Shown one piece after another: positions 1 to 8,481 of a DNA stretch of 64,000 bases (the first letter of the stretch is position 1; every line of letters starts with the position of its first letter). This DNA comes from Bacteroidales bacterium (GTDB lineage Bacteria > Bacteroidota > Bacteroidia > Bacteroidales > F082): positions 7,603-71,602 of the forward strand of contig JAFZDU010000074.1 in assembly GCA_017561025.1 (NCBI GenBank), read 5' to 3'. The notes beneath the pieces are model-generated. The model had not been told where the DNA came from, did not search any database, and saw only the letters and a program-made list of their open reading frames with translations. The position numbers and the translations under genes are program-made.

Positions 1-13
1 TTTGCCTTTTTAT

Positions 14-21
14 TATCTTTG
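14..21 (+). promoter_or_regulatory. Bacteroidota -7 box TATCTTTG upstream of ftsY
   Basis: Exact TAnnTTTG match 18 nt upstream of ATG 39. Confidence 0.5.
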
Positions 22-38
22 CAAAAAAGTATAAGATT

Positions 39-1016
39 ATGGGTATTTTTTCATTTTTCAAGAGAAACAAAGAAGTCGTTCAAGAACAGAAACAGGAACT
101 CGACAAAGGTTTGGAAAAGACACGTACAAGTGTATTTGACAGAATTTCTAAAGCTATCATCGGAAAGTCTAAAGTGGATGATGAAGTGCTCGATAATCTT
201 GAAGAGATTCTGGTGACTTCAGACGTCGGCGTCGACACAACTCTTAAAATCATCGCTCGTATCCAAGAACGTGTCGCACGTGACAAATATCTCGGAACAA
301 ATGAATTGAACCGTATCCTTAAAGAAGAAATCGCTGCCTTGTTGCAGGAAAACAATTCCGGTGACGGCACCACATTCGATATTCCAGCCGATAAGAAACC
401 TTACGTTATCTTGGTTGTTGGCGTTAATGGTGTTGGCAAGACGACTACCATCGGCAAATTAGCTCATAACTTCAAGAAAGCAGGACTGAGCGTGATGCTC
501 GGCGCTTCTGATACCTTTAGAGCTGCTGCTGTCGACCAACTCACTATCTGGTCGGAACGCGTTGGCGTGCCTATCGTTTCTCATGGCATGAACGCTGACC
601 CGGCATCAGTGGCATACGACGCAGTGAAGACTGCCGTTGAGCAAAACGTCGACGTCGTCATCATCGACACAGCAGGTCGCCTCCATAACAAGGTGAACCT
701 CATGAACGAGTTGTCTAAGATTAGAAAAGTTTGCCAGAAGGTCATTCCAGACGCACCACACGAAGTGCTTCTCGTCCTCGATGCGTCAACAGGTCAGAAC
801 GCCATCGAACAGGCACGTCAGTTTATGGCAGCTACAGAAGTCAACGCTCTTGCTCTCACTAAGTTGGATGGCACAGCAAAAGGCGGCGTGGTCATAGGCA
901 TCTCCGACCAGTTCAAGATTCCGGTAAAATATATCGGCGTGGGCGAAGGTATGGACCATCTCCAGATTTTCGATAGAAACGATTTCGTTAACAGCCTTTT
1001 CGAAGGAAGAAACTAA
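39..1016 (+). CDS. ftsY: Signal recognition particle receptor FtsY
   Basis: 325-aa ORF with SRP-GTPase motifs GVNGVGKTTTIGKLA (G1), DTAGRL (G3) and LTKLDGTAKGG (G4). Confidence 0.95.
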   Translation: MGIFSFFKRNKEVVQEQKQELDKGLEKTRTSVFDRISKAIIGKSKVDDEVLDNLEEILVTSDVGVDTTLKIIARIQERVARDKYLGTNELNRILKEEIAALLQENNSGDGTTFDIPADKKPYVILVVGVNGVGKTTTIGKLAHNFKKAGLSVMLGASDTFRAAAVDQLTIWSERVGVPIVSHGMNADPASVAYDAVKTAVEQNVDVVIIDTAGRLHNKVNLMNELSKIRKVCQKVIPDAPHEVLLVLDASTGQNAIEQARQFMAATEVNALALTKLDGTAKGGVVIGISDQFKIPVKYIGVGEGMDHLQIFDRNDFVNSLFEGRN

Positions 1017-1024
1017 TCTCACAA

Positions 1025-2341
1025 ATGAAAAAACCTAGACTCAATATCGTTACGCTCGGCTGTTCTAAAAACAAGGTTGACTCAGAGCGCCTCGCAGCCT
1101 CGCTCGAATACAGATATGACATAGTTCACGATTCTGACAAGAAATCTGACGTGGTGATAATAAACACCTGCGGATTCATTGGCGACGCCAAGGAAGAGTC
1201 AATCGACACAATCCTCGAATACGCAGAACTCAGAAGAGCCAAGAAGATAAAGAGACTTTACGTCACAGGTTGCCTCTCGCAACGATATCGTAAAGATCTA
1301 CAAGAGGAGATTCACGAAGTAGACGGATTCTATGGAGTGGAAGCAGTGCAACTCATCGCAAACGATATTTTGAGAAATGAGGAATTAGGAATTAGAAATG
1401 AGGAATTAAGTGAGGAATATAATGTTAACAGAGTTTTGTCAACTCCTGATCATTATGCTTATCTCAAGATTTCTGAAGGCTGCAACAGACGCTGTGCTTT
1501 CTGCGCTATTCCTTTGATTCGCGGCGAACATGTATCAGTGCCTATGGAGACTCTTATCCAAGAGGCTGAGCTTCTCGCCAAAAAAGGCGTCAAGGAACTT
1601 ATCCTCATCGCTCAAGACTTGACATATTACGGCCGTGACATCGACGGTCAATATCATATTGTGGAACTCGTCAAACGTCTCCTCGAGATAAAAGAGTTCG
1701 AATGGATCAGACTGCATTACGGCTATCCACAAGGATTCCCTGACGAGTTGTTAGACCTCATGAACCAAGAACCTAGAATCTGTAATTATATCGACCTTCC
1801 ATTACAGCATATCAGCACGCCTATCTTGAAAAACATGAGAAGAGGCGTCGATAAGGAACAGACTATCAACTTCGTGAAAAACGCTCGCAATAGAGTTCCT
1901 GGCATCGCCTTCAGAACAACTTTTATAGTAGGTTTCCCAGGCGAGACAGAAGAGCAGTTTGAAGAGCTATGCGATTTCATCAGAGAGATGAAGTTTGAAC
2001 GCGCTGGCGTATTCGCTTACTCTCCAGAAGAGGGAACTCCTGCTTACGAAATGGAAGACGACGTCCCTGAAGAAGTCAAGCAACAACGCGTCGACGATAT
2101 CATGGCAATACAGCAAAACATTTCTTTAGAGACAAACGAAAAACGAGTCGGCACTGTAGAAAAAGTCATCATCGACAGAATTGAAGGTGATTACTACATC
2201 GGAAGAACTCAATACGACTCACCTGAAGTAGATGATGAAATATTGATCTCACTCGATGATGCTGATCTTGAAATCGGAACTTTCGTAAACGCTAAGATCG
2301 TCAAAGCAGATTATTTCGATTTATATGCGGAGATAGTTTAA
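1025..2341 (+). CDS. rimO: Ribosomal protein S12 methylthiotransferase RimO
   Basis: N-terminal MTTase cysteines (LGCSKN, NTCGF, TGCL), radical-SAM CNRRCAFCAIP and a C-terminal TRAM-like tail. Carries an in-frame repeat insertion at 1373-1420. Confidence 0.9.
   Translation: MKKPRLNIVTLGCSKNKVDSERLAASLEYRYDIVHDSDKKSDVVIINTCGFIGDAKEESIDTILEYAELRRAKKIKRLYVTGCLSQRYRKDLQEEIHEVDGFYGVEAVQLIANDILRNEELGIRNEELSEEYNVNRVLSTPDHYAYLKISEGCNRRCAFCAIPLIRGEHVSVPMETLIQEAELLAKKGVKELILIAQDLTYYGRDIDGQYHIVELVKRLLEIKEFEWIRLHYGYPQGFPDELLDLMNQEPRICNYIDLPLQHISTPILKNMRRGVDKEQTINFVKNARNRVPGIAFRTTFIVGFPGETEEQFEELCDFIREMKFERAGVFAYSPEEGTPAYEMEDDVPEEVKQQRVDDIMAIQQNISLETNEKRVGTVEKVIIDRIEGDYYIGRTQYDSPEVDDEILISLDDADLEIGTFVNAKIVKADYFDLYAEIV
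1373..1420 (+). repeat. In-frame 21-nt tandem duplication of GAATTAGG-type words inside rimO
   Basis: AGAAATGAGGAATTAGGAATT / AGAAATGAGGAATTAAGTGAG encodes RNEELGI/RNEELSE. The 15-mer AATGAGGAATTAGGA (1376-1390) is identical to intergenic 58632-58646. Confidence 0.85.
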
Positions 2342-2374
2342 GACCACAAGACAACAGGACTACAAGACAACAAG
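2342..2374. repeat. Octamer word run GACCACAA GACAACAG GACTACAA GACAACAA
   Basis: Fills the rimO stop to next-ATG spacer. Confidence 0.8.
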
Positions 2375-2380
2375 TTTATT

Positions 2381-4003
2381 ATGAAGAAATACTTTTTATT
2401 TATAGCGATTATTGCAAGTATATTGGTTTCTTGTAAACCTGATCCTGAGAAACCAAGTGTTGTGACATTACCTGTTACAGAAATTACTGAGTCAACTGCA
2501 GTCAGTGGTGGCAATGTGACATCTGATGGCGGCGCTGAGGTGACATCAAGAGGTGTGTGCTGGAGCATAAATCAAAATCCTACAACGACCGACAATAAAA
2601 CTGTCGATGGAAGTGGAATAGGAGAGTTTACATCAAATATAAATGAGTTGAGCGACAGCACTACTTATTATGTTAGAGCTTATGCGACAAATAGCGAAGG
2701 AACTTCATACGGTGAGGAATATATTTTCACAACATTGAATATCGTTGATGGTGATGATGGTGATGATAATGGAGACGATAATGAAGGCGACGACAATGGT
2801 GATGATAATAACGATGAAGATGATGACAATGAAGAAGTCGTTGTTGAATTGCCAGTAGTTGCAACATTAGCTATTACTGAAATAACAGAGACATCTGCGA
2901 TTGCCGGTGGTGAAATTGCTTCAGATGGAGGAGCAGAAGTGACAGCAAGAGGCGTCTGTTGGAGCATAAACCAAAATCCAACAATAGAAAATGACAAGAC
3001 TGTCGATGGCAGCGGTGTCGGTTCATTCACATCAAATATAACAGGTCTGACACAAAATACAACATATTACGTAAGAGCATACGCAACAAACAGTGAAGGT
3101 ACATCATACGGCGAAGAAGTTTCTTTCACAACATTGGAAGAAGTCGTAATAGTTGCACCTACAGTAGTAACATTGGATGTTACAGAAGTGGCTCAGACAA
3201 CAGCAGTATCTGGTGGTGACGTCACATCTGACGGCGGTTCTGAAGTTTATTCAAGAGGTATATGTTGGGGCGTAAATCCTAATCCAACATTGGATGATGA
3301 TTTCACAACTAACGGAGACGGTCTCGGTGAGTTTACATGCAACATCGTCAATTTAACTCCAAATACAAAATATTACGTTAGAGCATTCGCTACAAACAGC
3401 GTCGGCACTTCATTCGGCGAACAAGTTGAATTCACTACTTTGGAAGTTGAAGAAGACGGAACAATCAATGGATATGAATATGTCGACTTAGGTTTGCCTA
3501 GCGGTTTGAAATGGGCTACACACAACATTGGCGCTACATCGCCATCAGAAAAAGGAGATATGTTCGCATGGGGTGAGATAAGTCCTAAAGCACAATATAC
3601 AGAAGCAAACTGCACTTCTTATGGTCTCAATATGCAAGACATCGCTGGTGACCCACAATACGACGCAGCACGTGCCAACTGGGGATCGACATGGAAAATG
3701 CCTAGCAAGAAAGACTTCGAAGAATTGATGAATGAATGTACTTGGGAATGGGTCGTTGATGTGAACGGCGTCGGATGCAAAAAAGTGACTGGTCCAAACG
3801 GAAATTCAATCATGCTTCCAATATCAGGATATGTTTATGAAAGTTCATACTATATGCAAGACTTCGGATATTACTGGACTTCAACGCCGATTTCTACATA
3901 CGAACAATTCTCATACGACTTCTTCTTCGATCAGGAATATAACCTCAGTATGGGTTACGATGATCGTTGCTACGGACAAGCAATTCGTCCTGTTTCGGAA
4001 TAA
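2381..4003 (+). CDS. Lipoprotein with three Fn3-like repeats, an acidic linker and a C-terminal DUF1566/Fib_succ_major-type domain
   Basis: Signal peptide with lipobox (ILVSC). A ~90-aa repeat (VTEIT..GG.V.SDGGAEVT.RGVCWS...TYYVRAYATNSEGTSYGEE) occurs 3 times. Linker DGDDGDDNGDDNEGDDNGDDNNDEDDDNEE. C-terminus YVDLGLPSGLKWATHNIGA...WKMPSKKDFEEL...YYWTST...GQAIRPV. Confidence 0.7.
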   Translation: MKKYFLFIAIIASILVSCKPDPEKPSVVTLPVTEITESTAVSGGNVTSDGGAEVTSRGVCWSINQNPTTTDNKTVDGSGIGEFTSNINELSDSTTYYVRAYATNSEGTSYGEEYIFTTLNIVDGDDGDDNGDDNEGDDNGDDNNDEDDDNEEVVVELPVVATLAITEITETSAIAGGEIASDGGAEVTARGVCWSINQNPTIENDKTVDGSGVGSFTSNITGLTQNTTYYVRAYATNSEGTSYGEEVSFTTLEEVVIVAPTVVTLDVTEVAQTTAVSGGDVTSDGGSEVYSRGICWGVNPNPTLDDDFTTNGDGLGEFTCNIVNLTPNTKYYVRAFATNSVGTSFGEQVEFTTLEVEEDGTINGYEYVDLGLPSGLKWATHNIGATSPSEKGDMFAWGEISPKAQYTEANCTSYGLNMQDIAGDPQYDAARANWGSTWKMPSKKDFEELMNECTWEWVVDVNGVGCKKVTGPNGNSIMLPISGYVYESSYYMQDFGYYWTSTPISTYEQFSYDFFFDQEYNLSMGYDDRCYGQAIRPVSE

Positions 4004-4031
4004 AATAACTTAATAATATAACACTAAAAAA

Positions 4032-4060
4032 AGAATACGTTGAATGGTGTGTTCTTTTTT
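4032..4060 (+). terminator. Intrinsic terminator after 2381-4003
   Basis: AGAATAC/GTGTTCT 7-bp stem (one U-G pair), 10-nt loop, T6. Confidence 0.6.
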
Positions 4061-4073
4061 GTTTATTAAAAAA

Positions 4074-4081
4074 TAGCTTTG
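4074..4081 (+). promoter_or_regulatory. -7 box TAGCTTTG upstream of the DUF368 gene
   Basis: Exact TAnnTTTG match just after the terminator at 4032-4060, 74 nt before ATG 4155. Confidence 0.4.
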
Positions 4082-4154
4082 ATAAATAAATATTATGTGT
4101 TGTAAAACATTAGCTGTTTTTCCACGTTTATGGAATAAAAATTGAGAAAAGATT

Positions 4155-5138
4155 TTGAAGGAAACAACAACTGATATGACAATAAAACAACAGATTATTA
4201 TATTCTTAAAAGGGATGGCGATGGGAATCGTGAATGTCATTCCTGTTTCAAGCGGTACGGTATCATTAATAATAGGTGTATTTGAACGTTTTATAAATTC
4301 AATAAAGTCATTAAATTTAAAAGCGTTCAAATTGTTATTCAAGGGTGAGTTCTCTGAGTTTGCCAAAAAGACTGATTTTAAATTCCTCATGACATTGATA
4401 TTGGGTATTTTGGCAGGTATGATTCTTACTGCCATCTCATTAAAGGCTATATTCAAGAAATATGAAATAGTGGCGTATGCCTTCTTCATCGGTTTGATAG
4501 TAGCCTCTGTCGTATATGTCTTTAAGATGATAGGCAAGAAGACGCCCAAGATGATACTGCTGATGATTGCAGCTATTGTGATTTCATTTTATCTTTCTAT
4601 AAAAAGCAATCCATATCCTAACGAAAATTTCCTTTACTTGATATTGTGTGGAGTTATAGGCTCATTGGGAATGATAGTTCCAGGTATATCCGGTTCTCAT
4701 CTTATGATGGTGATGGGTAATTATGAACTTATAGTGACGCAGGCCATTCCTGAAATAGCGCATTGGTCGACATTTGTACATGGAATGAGCATATTGCTTC
4801 CATTTCTGATAGGTTCTGTGATAAGCATCATCACTATATCTTATGTCCTGTCGTGGCTCATGAAGGAATTCCGGAATGAAACATTGTCAGTTCTTACAGG
4901 ATTTATGGTTGGAAGTCTGCCAGTGGTTTATCCATGGAAAGAAGTCCTTCCAGGCATGTACGACTACACCTTCCATCTCCCGACTATGGACGGACAGTTC
5001 GTTGCTGCAGTTATAATGGCGGTGGTAGGAGCCTCTTTGGTTTTGGTCTTGAGTCATTACTCCAAGAAAAAAGAAGAGAGGATGATGAGGAGAAAACAAA
5101 AGAAACTGCAGAGACAATTGAAGAGACAAGACCGTTGA
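4155..5138 (+). CDS. DUF368 family membrane protein (PopT-like candidate undecaprenyl-phosphate translocase)
   Basis: Polytopic membrane ORF with the two DUF368 half-motifs GMAMGIVNVIPVSSGTVSLIIGVFE and VPGISGSHLMMVMGNYE. Basic C-terminal tail. Start could also be ATG 4176. Confidence 0.75.
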   Translation: MKETTTDMTIKQQIIIFLKGMAMGIVNVIPVSSGTVSLIIGVFERFINSIKSLNLKAFKLLFKGEFSEFAKKTDFKFLMTLILGILAGMILTAISLKAIFKKYEIVAYAFFIGLIVASVVYVFKMIGKKTPKMILLMIAAIVISFYLSIKSNPYPNENFLYLILCGVIGSLGMIVPGISGSHLMMVMGNYELIVTQAIPEIAHWSTFVHGMSILLPFLIGSVISIITISYVLSWLMKEFRNETLSVLTGFMVGSLPVVYPWKEVLPGMYDYTFHLPTMDGQFVAAVIMAVVGASLVLVLSHYSKKKEERMMRRKQKKLQRQLKRQDR

Positions 5139-5169
5139 GCTTTGAACCGTTGGACCTTAAGGCTTAAAC
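5137..5169. repeat. Word run (GCTTTGAAC..CCTTAAGGCTTAAAC) between convergent genes
   Basis: Spans the gap between the DUF368 stop and the queH stop. Units resemble those at 53772-53800. Confidence 0.5.
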
Positions 5170-5174
5170 TAATT

Positions 5175-5747
5175 CTACCTCATACTGAATTCGCAACCGC
5201 AGTATCTTTGGTTGTAGAAGTTATATTCCTTTATTATTTCAATTCTTCTTTCGCTGAGACCTCCTTTGCGCCAGTTCTGTGTCCAGTATGTGACATCAGG
5301 GTAGTGGCTTTGAGCGAACAATCCTGCTTCTTCTATCTGTTCCAATGATTTCCATCGGCTTGATGCCAATGTTGTTGTAAATGCTGTTATTCCTCTTTCG
5401 TGGGCGTATTTAGCGGATTCGAGGAGACGTAGTTTGAAGCATTTAAGGCAGCGTCCGCCTCTCTCAGGTTCGTTTTCGAGACCTTTCATCTCGGTGAGCC
5501 ATTGCTCGTGATTGTAGTCAGCATCTACTATTTCCAATCCCAGACTTTGAGCGTAGCGGGTGCATTCGTCTTTTCTTATGATATATTCCTCTTCGGGATA
5601 TATGTTGGGATTGCAATAAAAAATAAGAGGCATGATGCCATTCTGCATCATGCACTCTATTATTGCTGAAGAACATGGGGCGCAGCATGTGTGGAGCAGC
5701 ACTTGCTTGACTCCGCCGGGCGCCTCTATTGTCAACTTCTTATTCAA
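5175..5747 (-). CDS. queH: Epoxyqueuosine reductase QueH (DUF208)
   Basis: 190 aa with LLHTCCAPCSS, GGRCLKCFKLRL and the C-terminal YCGCEFS cysteine motifs typical of DUF208/QueH. Confidence 0.85.
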   Translation of the reverse strand: MNKKLTIEAPGGVKQVLLHTCCAPCSSAIIECMMQNGIMPLIFYCNPNIYPEEEYIIRKDECTRYAQSLGLEIVDADYNHEQWLTEMKGLENEPERGGRCLKCFKLRLLESAKYAHERGITAFTTTLASSRWKSLEQIEEAGLFAQSHYPDVTYWTQNWRKGGLSERRIEIIKEYNFYNQRYCGCEFSMR

Positions 5748-5757
5748 TTTGATTCAA

Positions 5758-6930
5758 TTATTTTTTAACAACTTTTTGAACAGATGTTGAACCGTTGCTG
5801 TGTAATCTTACGAAGTAAACACCAGCTTCATATTCTGTCATATCGATAGTAGCTGTTTCACGTACTTCTGTAGCGAATAATTCTCTGCCGCAGATGTCGA
5901 ATAATTGAACGTGGTCAACTTCTTCTGATTCTATCATAATGTAGTTTGAAGTTGGGTTAGGATAGATTCTTGTGTTAACGCTGATGTTGTTAACTCTTGT
6001 TGTATCGTCATCGTTATCGTCGTCGTCGTCATCGCCACCTTCGATTTCATCGTATAAGAACATATAGTCTCTAACGTAAACGAGGTTGCCTGTTGATTGT
6101 TGGATGAGCCAGTATTCGTAAGAATCAACTTTGTGCTTCATTTGAGGAAGAAGTGGATAGCTGTTTTCTGGGTTTGAGAAGTGGAAGATTTCGTCAGCTG
6201 AAACTTCGTAGTCATATTCATAGATGCTTCTTTCTTGTGGAATGCCGTCAGCGCTGAATGTTGTTGTGATGTTAGCATTGCCGTATTCGTCATATTGTTG
6301 GACGAAGCTGCCCATCAAAGCCCAGTCGTATGACCATTGGAAGTACATAGAAGCTGCGAGGTAACCTTCTTCTTCTGTGTAGTAATGTTCAACTAATGTG
6401 CTGTTTTCGAATGTTCCGATGAATGGGTCTTGTTTTGCCAATTCTGCTTCGAGTTGGCCTAGGTCGTTATAGTGATATTCTACGATTTCGTATAAGTAAT
6501 TGTCGAATTCGAGTTCTCTACGAGTCATTTTGCCTTCGTCGTTGTATGAGTAGTAGTATGTACCACCGAGGATGCCACCCCAACCATCGTTGAAGTCGTT
6601 GTAGTTTTTACGTGTAGCTCTTAAGCCCATTTCATTGTATGTATAGTCAACCCAACATACTTTTCTCCAACCGTAGTCGAAGAGTTGGTGTGTTTGGACT
6701 GAAACGATGCGACCTTGTTCGTCATAAACGAGAGAGTCGATTAATTCCATTTGGTCTGCTAAGTCGATTTTGTGGATGCCTTGGAGGTTTGCTGATGCAT
6801 CGTCTAAGTATTGGTAGTTGTAAGTTTCAAAACCGTCAACTGACATGTAAGATGAAATACGGTATTTGTAGTTTTGTGCAAATGCCGGCATAGTCATGAC
6901 AACTAACAATAAAAGTAAAAATTTTCTCAT
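5758..6930 (-). CDS. T9SS-sorted secreted protein with YD-like repeats and a poly-Asp linker
   Basis: Signal peptide. Repeated Y.Y(N/D)..G motifs (YDEQGRIV, YTYNEMGLRATR, YSYNDEGKMTRR, YHYNDLGQL, YDEYGNA). GGDDDDDDNDDD linker. C-terminal IYPNPTSNYIMIES...GVYFVRLHSNG sorting domain. Confidence 0.8.
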   Translation of the reverse strand: MRKFLLLLLVVMTMPAFAQNYKYRISSYMSVDGFETYNYQYLDDASANLQGIHKIDLADQMELIDSLVYDEQGRIVSVQTHQLFDYGWRKVCWVDYTYNEMGLRATRKNYNDFNDGWGGILGGTYYYSYNDEGKMTRRELEFDNYLYEIVEYHYNDLGQLEAELAKQDPFIGTFENSTLVEHYYTEEEGYLAASMYFQWSYDWALMGSFVQQYDEYGNANITTTFSADGIPQERSIYEYDYEVSADEIFHFSNPENSYPLLPQMKHKVDSYEYWLIQQSTGNLVYVRDYMFLYDEIEGGDDDDDDNDDDTTRVNNISVNTRIYPNPTSNYIMIESEEVDHVQLFDICGRELFATEVRETATIDMTEYEAGVYFVRLHSNGSTSVQKVVKK

Positions 6931-6989
6931 GATTTTTTTGATTAGTTTAATGATTTAATAATGTTAATAATTCTAAAATTTCGAAGTCG

Positions 6990-6997
6990 CAAAGATA
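6990..6997 (-). promoter_or_regulatory. -7 box TATCTTTG (minus strand) for 5758-6930
   Basis: Plus strand reads CAAAGATA, 60 nt upstream of ATG 6930. Same geometry as the paralog. Confidence 0.5.
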
Positions 6998-7030
6998 ATA
7001 TTTTTATTGATAAAAATGAGGACGATAAAT

Positions 7031-7070
7031 AAAAAAAATAAGAGGCATGAAATGAAATATCACGCCTCTC
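7031..7070 (-). terminator. Intrinsic terminator after 7098-8273
   Basis: Minus strand AGAGGCGTGA...TCATGCCTCT (10 bp, one G-U) followed by U-rich TATTTTTTTT. Confidence 0.65.
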
Positions 7071-7097
7071 ATTTTATGAGTTTTATTCTTTATTCAA

Positions 7098-8273
7098 TCA
7101 GTTTTTGATAACTTTTTGAACTGCTGTTGCACCGTTGCTGTGTAATCTTAAGAAGTAAACACCAGCTTCGTATTCTTTCATGTCGATAGCTAAAGTGCCA
7201 CGTACTTCTGTAGCGAATAATTCTCTGCCGCAGATGTCTAAAACTTGAACGAAGTCAACTTCTTCTGATTCTACCATAACGTAGTCTGTTGTTGGGTTAG
7301 GATAGATTCTTGTGTTGACGCTGATGTTGTTAACGCTTGTTGTGTCGTCGTCATCATCATCGTCACCGTTGCCGATAACGTCATATAAGAATAAGTAGTC
7401 GATAACATAGATGAGACCTCCGTCAGCTGAGTTTTGGTCCATAGCCCAGTATTCATATGATTCGATCATATTGTGCATTTCTGGGAGTTGTGGGAAATCT
7501 TGTTCTGGGTTAGGGTAGAAGAAGATGTTTTCTGCTAATTCTTTGTCGTTGTATTTGAAAACTCTCTTTTCTTGAGCAACGCCAGCAGAACTTAATGTTT
7601 GAGCTACTGTACAGTTACCAACTTCGTCATATTCTTGAACGAGGTTTGATTGTAAAACCCAACCTCCGTCGTAAGAGAAATAAAGAGTTTCTGTGAGGTT
7701 GCCGTTTTCGTTGTAGTAGAATTCTGTTAAAGCGCTATCTTCATAAATGCCAGTGAATGGGTTGAGTTGAATTAATTCAGCTTCCATTAAACCAGCATTG
7801 TTGTAGCTGTAAGTTGCTTTTTCGTACATGATGCCACAGAAGTCGAGTTCTCTTAATGTTAATTGACCTTCTTCGTTGTATGTGTAGTAATATGTACCAC
7901 CGATTTGTGGACCCCAGCCATCGTGGAAGTCGTTGTAGTTAGTACGTGTAGCTCTTAATCCCATTTCGTTGTATGTGTAGTCGCACCAGCAAACTTTAAG
8001 CCATTCGCCATCGAGGAGTTGGTATGTTACTAAAGAAGCGATTTGGCCAGCTTCGTTGTAAACGAGTGAGTCGATGCATTCTACTGTTGGTTGTGAGAGC
8101 ATGTCGATTTCGTGAGCAGCTCTGATGTCTGTACCTAATACGTCTGAATAACCATAGTTGATTGTTTCGAAACCGTCTTCTGACATGAATGATGCGATAC
8201 GGAATTTGTAGTTGTCTTGTGCAAACATTGGCAATGTGGCGACAACTAACAACATAAGTAAAAATTTTCTCAT
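7098..8273 (-). CDS. Paralog of 5758-6930 (T9SS-sorted YD-like repeat protein)
   Basis: Colinear with the neighbouring ORF over its full length. NGDDDDDDD linker. IYPNPTTDYVMVES...GVYFLRLHSNG C-terminal domain. Confidence 0.8.
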   Translation of the reverse strand: MRKFLLMLLVVATLPMFAQDNYKFRIASFMSEDGFETINYGYSDVLGTDIRAAHEIDMLSQPTVECIDSLVYNEAGQIASLVTYQLLDGEWLKVCWCDYTYNEMGLRATRTNYNDFHDGWGPQIGGTYYYTYNEEGQLTLRELDFCGIMYEKATYSYNNAGLMEAELIQLNPFTGIYEDSALTEFYYNENGNLTETLYFSYDGGWVLQSNLVQEYDEVGNCTVAQTLSSAGVAQEKRVFKYNDKELAENIFFYPNPEQDFPQLPEMHNMIESYEYWAMDQNSADGGLIYVIDYLFLYDVIGNGDDDDDDDTTSVNNISVNTRIYPNPTTDYVMVESEEVDFVQVLDICGRELFATEVRGTLAIDMKEYEAGVYFLRLHSNGATAVQKVIKN

Positions 8274-8334
8274 GATTTTTTTTGTTTGTTTGATGATTTA
8301 ATAATGTTTGTTAATGATTTTTCGAATAAAGCTG

Positions 8335-8342
8335 CAAAGGTA
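8335..8342 (-). promoter_or_regulatory. -7 box TACCTTTG (minus strand) for 7098-8273
   Basis: Plus strand reads CAAAGGTA, 62 nt upstream of ATG 8273. An A9 tract (8346-8354) lies 3 nt further upstream. Confidence 0.5.
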
Positions 8343-8442
8343 ACATTTTTTTTTGTATGGCAAAGCATTAAAATGAAATTAATATTGGTCAAAAAAAAGG
8401 AAAAAAATCTCGTAAAAATTGTGAGTAAATGAAATGATTTAT

Positions 8443-8450
8443 TATATTTG
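8443..8450 (+). promoter_or_regulatory. -7 box TATATTTG for the hydBAC operon
   Basis: Exact match 31 nt upstream of ATG 8482. Confidence 0.55.
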
Positions 8451-8481
8451 CCACATCATTCATTAACAAACATTAAACAAA

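Noticed and set aside
4010-4549. Long antisense shadow ORFs: 4010-4549, 15611-16027, 16290-16751, 33772-34209, 44358-44819, 51626-52090, 54309-54854 and 56099-56545.
   Set aside because: Each lies fully opposite a well-supported CDS, has low-complexity or odd composition, and has no signal or family motifs.
6004-6036. Poly-Asp coding tracts as phase-variable simple-sequence repeats (also 7344-7367, 2745-2835, 49537-49600).
   Set aside because: They are triplet-based with mixed GAT/GAC/AAT codons. Slippage would change linker length, not the reading frame.
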